From Gammaproteobacteria bacterium (GTDB taxonomy: Bacteria; Pseudomonadota; Gammaproteobacteria; Steroidobacterales; Foliamicaceae): a stretch of 64,000 bases of DNA. The stretch spans positions 15,323-79,322 of the forward strand of contig JAPOTY010000034.1 of the NCBI GenBank assembly GCA_026708965.1, given 5' to 3'. This document shows positions 9,372 through 18,055 of this stretch, piece by piece. A program made the position numbers and the translations under genes. Under the pieces are notes generated by a model, which worked only from the letters and a program-made list of their open reading frames with translations, was not told the origin of the DNA and ran no database searches. Numbering within the stretch: the stretch's first letter is position 1; each line of letters opens with the position of its first letter.

Positions 9372-12300
9372 TCAGAACGACTGGCGGTAGCTCGCATAGA
9401 GGACGCGGCCGTCGAGGCTGTAGAGGTTGTACGCCTGCGGCAGCGGAGTTCGGAACGAGCCGAGCTCTGGATCTTCGTCGGTGAGGTTCCTCAGGCCCGC
9501 CGTGATGCGACCGTTCCAAGGCGCGGACCATTGATAGAATAGATCGAACTCGGTGTGCGCCGATATTGAGAACTCAACTTCCGGCAGGCCGAATCCGCCC
9601 ACATAGTGGGCATGGCCGGAAACGGTGTGATCGCCGTAGCGCCAGATGATTGCCGCCGAACTGCGCTCCGAGGGCCGGGCGCCGGCGGCCGCGGCAGCTC
9701 CGGAAACAGCGCCAAGGCCCGAACTCCATTGCGAGGCCGTGCGGGAGCGGGTCCGAAGCCGGAGGATGGTCCCGGCATGGAGCCGAAACTGGAAGTCGCC
9801 CAGCGCCGCGGTCGGCAGATCGTAGATCAGTTGCAGGTCAACGCCGCGGAACTGCGCGCGGTAGGTGTTGTCCCAGAACACATCGGCCTCCAGCAAAGCT
9901 CCGGTGGCCGGGTGGCGCTTGAGAAGGCTGCCGCTGCCGCAACGGATCATCGTTGCGGCGGTCGCCGAGTAGCGGGTGTTCTCGATCCGCCCGGTGCCGA
10001 GGCATTGCCCCTCGAACTCCAAGCCGATCAGCCCCTGCAGGGGCGGCAGTCCGATGCCGTTCTCAAGATCCACGTTCCAGAAATCCGCCCGGGCCGTCAG
10101 CGAGTCCCAAGCCGCCACCACGCCGAGGTTGTAGCTTTCGGACAGTTCCGGCCTGAGCGCCGGGTTGCCGCCGGTATAGGTGGGAACTTCCTCTTCGATG
10201 CAGTCCGTCGGGGCGATGCCGTCGCGGCGGCATTTGACCAGGTCGAAGCCCGTCTGCAGCCAAAGCGAGGTGCCGTCATAGAGGTTATTCATGCTGCCGG
10301 CGCGGAAACCCTCGCCCCAGGAAGCGCGCAGCAGCAGCCATCCGGCAGGCTGGTAGCGCGCCGAGAAGTAGGAACTCAGCTCGCTTCCGGCCGAATCGTC
10401 GTACTGGTCCCAGCGCAGCGCCGCGCTCAGTTGCAGATTGGGCAGCAGCGGCGCAAGCGCTTCGCCGAACAGCGCCCGGATGACCCGCTCGCCGGCGCCG
10501 CTCACGCCGAAGCGCCCGAGCAGGCCGCCGCCTGAGCTCAGCGGATCGTAGCGATCACGGTACTTCTCGTCGAAGTAATCAAACCCGAAGGCCCAGCTCA
10601 CCGGGCCGCCGCGCGTCCGCAAGAAATCGAAGCCCACATTGCCGCTATAGGAGCGGAGGTCCGCGCGGGAATCGCGGGTGGATTTCGCGGCAATCGCTTG
10701 CAGAGCGGCGGCGTTGCCGGGATGCAAGGGATCGAACGGGTTGTACAGGCCTTGCGAAACTTGCGCCTGGGTGGCGAATGCCCTGGGAAAGCAGCAACTG
10801 TTTTCGCGGCCAGCGTAGCGGGTATGCCTGGCTTCGAGCTGGTAGTGGAAGATGCCGGCGCCGCCATGCGCGAGAAGCGCATTCTCATGCAGGGTCAGCA
10901 GCGCCTCGAAATTGCGGCCGCCCAGGCCCGCAAAGCGGTGCCGCAGCGTGTAGGGGAGCAACTCGGGATAAGGAACGCCGAAATCAAATCCGCGCTCCAG
11001 CCCGGCGGCGGCGGCTTCGGTCAGCAGGATATCGCCGGGCGGCGGCGCCAGCCGCCCATGCACGTTCTGCGCGCTGAACAGCGATTGCAGGCGCAGCGCA
11101 TGGCTGGAAGAAAGCTCGTATTCCGCGTGCAGAAAAGCGCTGGCCCGCTGCAAGTCGGTGGTTTCCCAAGCCGCAACGGCGTAATGGAATCCGCAATGCT
11201 CCTCGCCGGAGGCGGAGACGTAAGGCCCGGCCAACAGCCGCCGCCCGGTTGCCGGATCAAGGACTTGCTCGCAATTGGGCGCGGCCTTGCGGTGCGGCCA
11301 GATGGTATTGCCCCAGGAACTCACGTTGTCGGCGTTCTCCCAAGCGCGCCAGGCAGCGGTAAACGGCGCCTGCGGATAGGCGGCGGGGGGAGATTCGTGG
11401 CCTGTGGTTCCGAGCGTGTAGAACCGGTCTGCCGAAGCAATATGCTCCTTGTTGCGGAAATCGGCGCTGAACAGAAAGCGTCCGCGCTCGCTGGCGCCGC
11501 CTAGCGTCAGCATACCGGATTCCGTATCCGCGCCTTCGCGGCTGGGCCGGGCCAGCGAGGTTGCCGCTTCGATGCCTTCATAGCGCTTGCGCAAAATGAT
11601 ATTGACCACGCCGCCAATGGCGTCCGAGCCATAAATGGCCGAAGCGCTGTCGGTCAGAATCTCGATGCGTTCCACGGCCGCCAGCGGAATAATGTTGAGA
11701 TCGACCGCCTGATTGGCCGTGATCGGCGACCGCGGCGCCCGGCGGCCATCCAGCAGCACCAGCGTGCGATTCGCGCCAATGCCGTGCAGGCTGAAGGCGG
11801 CCTGCCCGATCCAAGCGTGGCCTGATTGCTCGCGCGACGAGCCGAGACTGTTGACCGGGCTGTTCCTGAGCACGTCGGCCACCGATTCCCGGCCGCTCAA
11901 CTCGATATCCTCGCGCGTTATCACCACCATGGGGCGCGCCTCCTCCATATCGATCCGCCGAATCCGCGAGCCGGTAACCACCTGCCGCCCGAGCGCCGCA
12001 AACTCCCTGCCTGCGGCCGCGCCAGCGGTCTGCGAATCGTCGCCGGCGCGCTCGAAATCGAAGCTGAACAATATTTCCGGCTCATCGCCGCCGCGATCGG
12101 CGAGCAAGCCGCACTGGTAGGGAAACACATGCCGCCGCCGGTATTCCCGCGCCAGCTGCTGTGCTTGCACGAGCCGCTCGGGGCCCAGTATCCTGGCGGC
12201 ACGGTCATTGAATTCCTCGATCATCGCGCCGGATTCGCCCATGCCCAGGTCCATCAGTTGCGCCAGCGCCGATATTTCCCTTGCATGGGCTTGCTCCATT

Positions 12301-13847
12301 GCTGCCCGGAACCAGCCGTAAGCCTGCACCAGGTCCTTGGAAACGGCTTCGCCCGTGTAATGCATATAGCCCAGAAGGAGTTGCGCCATTGCAATCCCCT
12401 GTTCGGCAGCCTTTTGCAGCCACTCGGCAGAGGCGGCCGGATCCCGCTTCATTCCCTCCATGCCCAGAAACTGCGCGAAACCCAGCATGGCCTGGGCCCA
12501 GGAATGGTTTTGCTCAGCAGCGCGGCGCATCGAGGCTATCGCCAAGTCCATGTCTTCGGACATCGCGGCAACGCTGATCGACAATTGCGCCCGCGGCGAT
12601 CCCTGCTCAGCCAGCTCCCCAAGATGTCGGCGCGCAGGACGGTTGCCGTTACCAGCGAGCAGAATCAGCTCCCCCAGAGCCGGAGCGTTTCCGGAGCTGG
12701 CGGCCAAGAATAGCCATTCGACCGCCTGGCTCCCGTCTTGCGCCACAGCTCGACCTTGGGCATGCATGCGGCCAAGCTCAAGCTGCGCGCGCCCGTTTCC
12801 CTGCGCCGCCAGCCCCTGAATCCAGTCGAGCGCGGGAGTGTGCCCCTTCTCCGCCAGATCGCCAAATCCAATGATCGCAGCGTCTGGATGCCGCTTTTCC
12901 AAGCGTCGATACCACTGAAAAGCGGCAGCCAGATTCCGGTCCGCATCCTGCCCCTGCGCAGACATGCGCGCCATGCTGCGCTGCGCCTGCGGCCTGCCCC
13001 GCTCCGCCTCCCTGCGGATCAGCTCGGCGGCAGGCGCAAAGCCCATCCCTGCCAGACCCGCCAATCCGTCGAAAGCATCGGAAACAGGGCCCCGCAACTG
13101 CGCGGAGCCGCGGCCGCCCCCTGAATCAAGGACCTTGAGGTACCACCCGTACGCCTGCTCAAGGTCCGGCGCCACTCCATTGCCTTCGGCGAATTTATCC
13201 CCCAGCCGCGCCTGCGCTTCGGCCAATCCCCGGCGGGCAGCCTTGTGGAACCACTCGATGGCGATGCCGCTGTCCGCAGTCAAACCGTGCTTGCCTTCAT
13301 CGTACGCGGCGCCCAGCCTGAACTGCGCCCGGGCATTGCCTTGCTCCGCCGCCATTCGGTACCAGCCAAGAGGATTTCTTGCTGCCGGGCCTTCCGCCGG
13401 CATCAGGCTTTCCGAGTCATCCTCGTATGCCTCGCCCAAAGCAAACTGCGCTTCCGCAAGGCCCTGGTCAGCCGCTTTGCGATACCACAGCGCGGCGATC
13501 ATCTTGCTGCCGCGCCTGCCGCCCGCGCTGCATATCTCGCCCAGCGAGTGCTGCGCTTGGGCCTCGCCTTGCTCGCCCGCTTCCAGGCACCAGCGCAAAG
13601 CCGCCGCCTTGTCCTGGGGAACGCCGCGGCCAAGGCGGTAGACATTGCACAACGCGTTCTGCGCCTTTGCGTCGCCCCCGTTTGCCGCTCGCTCAACAAC
13701 GAAAAGGGCTTGGCCCTGATCGCCCTTGCCTGCCTCAACCGCGCTTATCGCTTCCTTAAGCGGCCCTGCGGCTTGATCCGGCTCCTGTTTCGCAACGGCG
13801 GAAATTGATGCCAGCAACACAAGCATCAATGCGGGGCGCATCTGCAT
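9372..13847 (-). CDS. TonB-dependent outer-membrane receptor with a ~600-aa N-terminal Sel1-repeat (TPR-like) extension
   Basis: Single continuous ORF. Signal peptide MQMRPALMLVLLASISAVA from ATG 13847. It has more than 10 Sel1-like units (A.A...LG..Y..G.GV..D...A..W). A plug follows (VVITREDIELSG, FSLHGIGANRTLVLLDGRR, IERIEILTDSASAIYGSDAIGGVVNI), then a beta-barrel ending in the terminal ...YASYRQSF. Confidence 0.8.
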   Translation of the reverse strand: MQMRPALMLVLLASISAVAKQEPDQAAGPLKEAISAVEAGKGDQGQALFVVERAANGGDAKAQNALCNVYRLGRGVPQDKAAALRWCLEAGEQGEAQAQHSLGEICSAGGRRGSKMIAALWYRKAADQGLAEAQFALGEAYEDDSESLMPAEGPAARNPLGWYRMAAEQGNARAQFRLGAAYDEGKHGLTADSGIAIEWFHKAARRGLAEAQARLGDKFAEGNGVAPDLEQAYGWYLKVLDSGGGRGSAQLRGPVSDAFDGLAGLAGMGFAPAAELIRREAERGRPQAQRSMARMSAQGQDADRNLAAAFQWYRRLEKRHPDAAIIGFGDLAEKGHTPALDWIQGLAAQGNGRAQLELGRMHAQGRAVAQDGSQAVEWLFLAASSGNAPALGELILLAGNGNRPARRHLGELAEQGSPRAQLSISVAAMSEDMDLAIASMRRAAEQNHSWAQAMLGFAQFLGMEGMKRDPAASAEWLQKAAEQGIAMAQLLLGYMHYTGEAVSKDLVQAYGWFRAAMEQAHAREISALAQLMDLGMGESGAMIEEFNDRAARILGPERLVQAQQLAREYRRRHVFPYQCGLLADRGGDEPEILFSFDFERAGDDSQTAGAAAGREFAALGRQVVTGSRIRRIDMEEARPMVVITREDIELSGRESVADVLRNSPVNSLGSSREQSGHAWIGQAAFSLHGIGANRTLVLLDGRRAPRSPITANQAVDLNIIPLAAVERIEILTDSASAIYGSDAIGGVVNIILRKRYEGIEAATSLARPSREGADTESGMLTLGGASERGRFLFSADFRNKEHIASADRFYTLGTTGHESPPAAYPQAPFTAAWRAWENADNVSSWGNTIWPHRKAAPNCEQVLDPATGRRLLAGPYVSASGEEHCGFHYAVAAWETTDLQRASAFLHAEYELSSSHALRLQSLFSAQNVHGRLAPPPGDILLTEAAAAGLERGFDFGVPYPELLPYTLRHRFAGLGGRNFEALLTLHENALLAHGGAGIFHYQLEARHTRYAGRENSCCFPRAFATQAQVSQGLYNPFDPLHPGNAAALQAIAAKSTRDSRADLRSYSGNVGFDFLRTRGGPVSWAFGFDYFDEKYRDRYDPLSSGGGLLGRFGVSGAGERVIRALFGEALAPLLPNLQLSAALRWDQYDDSAGSELSSYFSARYQPAGWLLLRASWGEGFRAGSMNNLYDGTSLWLQTGFDLVKCRRDGIAPTDCIEEEVPTYTGGNPALRPELSESYNLGVVAAWDSLTARADFWNVDLENGIGLPPLQGLIGLEFEGQCLGTGRIENTRYSATAATMIRCGSGSLLKRHPATGALLEADVFWDNTYRAQFRGVDLQLIYDLPTAALGDFQFRLHAGTILRLRTRSRTASQWSSGLGAVSGAAAAAGARPSERSSAAIIWRYGDHTVSGHAHYVGGFGLPEVEFSISAHTEFDLFYQWSAPWNGRITAGLRNLTDEDPELGSFRTPLPQAYNLYSLDGRVLYASYRQSF

Positions 13848-13906
13848 GAGAAGACTTGGGGGTTCCCTGGATCGATGGATGGCGCGCCGCATCGCCGAAA
13901 GCGGGG

Positions 13907-15274
13907 TTAGCGGCGCGGCGGCATCGGCTCCTGGTCGCGGCGGGTTTGGGCGCGGCCCAGCCCAACGGACAACGCGCACCACACAGCGGCGAAGGGCACG
14001 GTGGCGCCCACCATGAGCGCGAGGCTGCCCAAGGCGCTGAGCACCACCTGCAGGCCGGTGCCGGCCAAGTCGCCGAAGCGGTACAGGAACACATCCACCA
14101 CGGGCTTGGCCTTGTAGCGTTCGGCAGGAGGGACGACGCTGAACAGGGTTTCGCGGGCCGGACGCGAAATCGCGTAGCGGGTGGCGCGATGAACGGCCTG
14201 GAACACGGCCATCACGCCAAAGACCGGCCAGATGGCCAGCACCGCGAATCCGGCCAGCGTCACCAGCGGCAGTATGGCCAGCGTCCAGCCCACGCCCAGC
14301 TTGCGGATCAGGCGGGTCGTGATAAAGATCTGGGTGATTAGCGTTGCGGTTTGCGTCAGCGCGTCCATCAGCGCATACGAGCTGACAAGCTGGCTGAAGT
14401 TATCGCTGCGATTCAGGATGATGTTCGCTTGCGTGAAGTAGATCAGCGTATTGGAAATAGCCATGAACATGATCCACAGCGCAATGCCCAGCAGGTAGGG
14501 CGAGCGCGCCACGGCGGCGGCGCCGTCCCAGAAATTGCCGCCCATGCCGGATGGCGCGTTAGGCGCGGCGGGCGAATCGCCGGATGCCGCCGCCGGATTC
14601 CCCAGCCGGGAGTGGCCGGAGCGCGCGGCCCGGCGGTCCAGCGTGAGCATCAGGATGATCGCCACCACGAAGAACCCCGCCCCGATGGCCATCAGCCCCA
14701 CCGGAAGATAGACAGACTCCGTTGCGGACGCGATCCGGTTGGTGGCCCAGCCGCCGGCCAGCGCCCCGATGGTGCCGCCAATGCCGATAAAGGCGAATAT
14801 CCGCTTGCCCTGCTCCACGCTGAAAAGATCCACCATGAAGGCCCAGAAAATGCTGTTGATGAACAGGTTGATGGCGCTCAGCCACACGTAGAACGTGTAG
14901 CCCACGCCGCGCGCCAGAGCGGTCTCGGAGCCGGAGCCGATCAATCCGCCCCCGGCCCGGGCATCCACAACGAGCAGGCCGGCAAACAAGAACAGGCAAG
15001 CCACCACGAAGCCGTAAGCCACCGGAATGAAGCGCCGGCGATCCATGCGGGCCACCACGCCGCCGAACAGCAGCACCAGAACCAGGGACGACACCACGGT
15101 GACGCCGAACAGCCAGTAGAGTTCGCCCATGCCGCGGGCCACGCCCATGGCGTCGCGCACCGGGCGCACGAAAAAATACCCGCAAAGCACGCAGAAGTAG
15201 AAAGCGGCGGCCAGCGCCGCCAGCGGGAATTCCGCCCGCCGGATATTGAAAATCCGCGCCGCCCAATCGGTCAT
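13907..15274 (-). CDS. MFS-type membrane carrier of the TLC (ATP/ADP translocase, Npt)-like family
   Basis: 455 aa, polytopic. FFVRPVRDAMGV, VDLFSVEQGKRIFAFIGIGGTIGALAGG and RETLFSVVPPAERYKAKPVVDVFLYRFGD resemble TLC-family signatures. Confidence 0.65.
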   Translation of the reverse strand: MTDWAARIFNIRRAEFPLAALAAAFYFCVLCGYFFVRPVRDAMGVARGMGELYWLFGVTVVSSLVLVLLFGGVVARMDRRRFIPVAYGFVVACLFLFAGLLVVDARAGGGLIGSGSETALARGVGYTFYVWLSAINLFINSIFWAFMVDLFSVEQGKRIFAFIGIGGTIGALAGGWATNRIASATESVYLPVGLMAIGAGFFVVAIILMLTLDRRAARSGHSRLGNPAAASGDSPAAPNAPSGMGGNFWDGAAAVARSPYLLGIALWIMFMAISNTLIYFTQANIILNRSDNFSQLVSSYALMDALTQTATLITQIFITTRLIRKLGVGWTLAILPLVTLAGFAVLAIWPVFGVMAVFQAVHRATRYAISRPARETLFSVVPPAERYKAKPVVDVFLYRFGDLAGTGLQVVLSALGSLALMVGATVPFAAVWCALSVGLGRAQTRRDQEPMPPRR

Positions 15275-15456
15275 AGGCTCTCTCCTGAATCCGCCGATGC
15301 GGAAAACCGCCCGTTCAGCATATCGCCGCCTAGGCCGAATCTCCGCACGGCAGCCCGGAAAACGATATTGTCATGGCCCGCAGGCGACCACCAAAGCCAA
15401 GGATATTAACAGCGCGGGCGCTTTGGATGGCATCTTGCCCATCAACCGCAACCGGA

Positions 15457-16971
15457 TCAGTTGCGCAATTGCGGGAACAGCAGCACATCGCGGATTGCAG
15501 GCTGGTCGGCAAGGAGCATCACCAGGCGGTCCACCCCCAAGCCCAAGCCCGCGGTGGGCGGCAGGCCGTATTCCAGCGCGGCCACGAAATCCTCGTCGTA
15601 CAGCATTGCTTCGTCATCCCCGCTCTCGCGCAGGCGAGCCTGCTCGCGGAAGCGGCGGGCCTGATCTTCGGCATCATTCAGTTCCGAGAAGCCGTTCACC
15701 AATTCCCGCCCCGCGATATACAGTTCATAGCGGTCGGTGATCTCGGGATCGTCGTTGCTGGCGCGTGAAAGCGGCGAGACCTCGGCCGGATGGCCGGTAA
15801 TGAATACGGGCCCGTCAAGCCGGTCCTCCACCGTGCGGTCGAAAAGCTCAGCCAGAAGCTTGCCCCAGCCGGCGTTCGCCGGCGGATCGCTCTCGATCCC
15901 TAAGCGTTTGCGGCATTCGAGAAGGTAGCCCGCATCGCGCAATCGCGCCGCGTCCAGCCCCGGATTATGCTCCAGCACGGCCTGCTCCATGCTCAGGCGC
16001 GGCCATTCGCCGCCCAGCTCATACGTCTTGCCCTGATAGCCCACCTGCGCGCCGCCCAGCACCGCTTCCGCCGCGGCGCGGATCATTTCCTCGGTCATCC
16101 GCATGAAATCCTCATAATCCGCATAGGCTTGGTAAGCCTCCAGCATGGTGAACTCGGGATTGTGCTGGGTGGAAAGGCCTTCATTGCGGAAGCAGCGGTT
16201 GATCTCGAATACGCGCTCCATGCCGCCCACCACCAGCCGTTTGAGATGCAACTCCAGGGCCACGCGCAGGTAAAGCTCGCGATCAAGCGCATGGTGGTGC
16301 GTGGCGAAGGGTCGGGCGGCGGCGCCGCCCGCGATGGGCTGCATGATCGGCGTTTCCACTTCCATGAATCCGCGCCCGCCAAGAAATTCGCGCAGCGCCG
16401 AGACCACGCGGGCCCGGCGTTCGAATACTTCGCGGGACTCGCGGTTCACGATCAGATCCAGGTAGCGCCGGCGATACCTCTGCTCGCGATCGCTCAAGCC
16501 GTGGAATTTCTCCGGCAGCGGGCGCAGCGACTTGGTGAGCAGCGCCAGTTCACTCACTTGAACGCTCAATTCGCCGGTGCGCGTTCGCATCAGCACGCCA
16601 TTCGCCCCAACGATATCGCCCAGATCCAGCGCCCCGGTGTTGGCGTAAGCCTCCTCGCCCATCCCGGCGCGCGTCAGCATAAGCTGCAATCGTCCGGCGC
16701 CATCCTGGATTTCGGCGAAGCTCAAGCGCCCCATGCGGCGCTGCGACATCAGCCGCCCCGCCACGCGCACTTCCCGGCCCAGTTCCGCAAGCGCCTCGGC
16801 ATCCATATCGGCACAGTCCGCATGCAGCCCGGCCGAGTTGGCATTGGGCCGGAAGCGGTTCGGAAATGCCCAGCCGCTCTCCCGCAAGGCTGCGAGCTTA
16901 CGGCGGCGCTCCGCTATCAGGCGGTGTTCGGGCGCGGAATCCGGGGAACCTGTATCTGGGGGCGCGGGCAT
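15457..16971 (-). CDS. lysS: Lysine-tRNA ligase (class II)
   Basis: 504 aa. FMEVETPIMQPIAGGAAARPF, RVALELHLKRLVVGGMERVFEINRCFRNEG and GLGLGVDRLVMLL. Confidence 0.95.
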   Translation of the reverse strand: MPAPPDTGSPDSAPEHRLIAERRRKLAALRESGWAFPNRFRPNANSAGLHADCADMDAEALAELGREVRVAGRLMSQRRMGRLSFAEIQDGAGRLQLMLTRAGMGEEAYANTGALDLGDIVGANGVLMRTRTGELSVQVSELALLTKSLRPLPEKFHGLSDREQRYRRRYLDLIVNRESREVFERRARVVSALREFLGGRGFMEVETPIMQPIAGGAAARPFATHHHALDRELYLRVALELHLKRLVVGGMERVFEINRCFRNEGLSTQHNPEFTMLEAYQAYADYEDFMRMTEEMIRAAAEAVLGGAQVGYQGKTYELGGEWPRLSMEQAVLEHNPGLDAARLRDAGYLLECRKRLGIESDPPANAGWGKLLAELFDRTVEDRLDGPVFITGHPAEVSPLSRASNDDPEITDRYELYIAGRELVNGFSELNDAEDQARRFREQARLRESGDDEAMLYDEDFVAALEYGLPPTAGLGLGVDRLVMLLADQPAIRDVLLFPQLRN

Positions 16972-17049
16972 CCGCGGAATTGTACGGCGTGGCTTGCGTG
17001 ACGACTGAACCGGGCCTTGCGCGCGCCGCTTGCGCCATAATCGGAATCA

Positions 17050-17670
17050 ATGGAGCGGACGGGAGCGGCTTTGATGAAGAACATGGCATGCTTGGTTTTG
17101 GCGGCAGCCGCCAGCCTAGGCGGCGCGGCGGCGGCGGACAGCCTGCGCGACGACCTGATGCGCTGCGCGCAACTGAATAATTCCCAGGTGCGCCTGGCCT
17201 GCTACGACGCGCTGGCCTCGGCAAGCGGCGCCGGAAACGCGGCGGTCAACGACGATAGCGTTCCGGCTTCCGGCATCGGCGACGCGGCGGTCAACGACGA
17301 TAGCTTTTCGGCTTCCGGCGCCGGCGACGCGGCGGCCGCCAACGATAGCGTTCCGGCTTCCAGCAACGCCAGCGGCGCTTCATCGCAGCCGGAATCCAGG
17401 CCGTCCCTCGCGGAACGCGCTTTCGGAATGCTCCCCGGCGGCGGCGAAACGAACCGCATCAGATCGCGCGTTGTGGGCAAGGTGAACGGGCTGCGCCACG
17501 GCATGCGCTTCACCCTGGAGAACGGCCAGGTTTGGCAGCAAACCGAGAAATCCAACCGCAACTACCGCGCCAGCAACCCCGAGGTGGAAATACGCCAAGG
17601 ATTCATGAACAGCTACCGGATGCGCCTAGAGGGCATCAACGGCCGCATCCGCGTCCGCCGCGTCAAGTAG
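17050..17670 (+). CDS. Secreted hypothetical protein with an internal 15-aa tandem repeat
   Basis: Signal-peptide-like MKNMACLVLAAAASLGGAAAA (alternative start 17074). No family recognised. Confidence 0.5.
   Translation: MERTGAALMKNMACLVLAAAASLGGAAAADSLRDDLMRCAQLNNSQVRLACYDALASASGAGNAAVNDDSVPASGIGDAAVNDDSFSASGAGDAAAANDSVPASSNASGASSQPESRPSLAERAFGMLPGGGETNRIRSRVVGKVNGLRHGMRFTLENGQVWQQTEKSNRNYRASNPEVEIRQGFMNSYRMRLEGINGRIRVRRVK
17233..17364 (+). repeat. Three tandem copies of a 45-bp (15-codon) unit inside the 17050-17670 CDS
   Basis: GNAAVNDDSVPASGI / GDAAVNDDSFSASGA / GDAAAANDSVPASS, read directly from the sequence. The third unit is 42 bp. Confidence 0.85.
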
Positions 17671-18055
17671 CGAGGCGCCCATCACCGATCACCACAGCCC
17701 TTAAGGTTGATCCTAAAAGCTTGACGCGCCGCTAGCTTCCATTAACGGCCGGACCCGCCATATCCATCTTGCTGGCCAGTTCATGCACAGCGGCGGTTTC
17801 GACAGCTCTGGCGATCGCTCGGGCCATGTCGCTTAGGTCTCCGTTGGCCTCCCTCAAATCCTCCTGAAGAGTGATAGCGTCCAAATGCATAGCAAAGCCT
17901 TCAATGCTCTCAAGTTCCGATTATAAGCACCGCCGTCACAAGCTACTGTTATCGCGTCATATTTAGCGGGGCGCACCGCAAGATCAACGGAAAGACGCAG
18001 AGCTAGCAGCGCGGTAAGATGGCCGCCAGCTCCTAAGGCGCATGAAGGAGAGTTT

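Noticed and set aside
17732-17890. 52-codon minus-strand ORF (MHLDAITLQEDLREANGDLSDMARAIARAVETAAVHELASKMDMAGPAVNGS) upstream of the GmrSD-like gene.
   Set aside because: No motif I can recognise, no clear RBS, and it is short. It could be a gene fragment, but that is unsupported.
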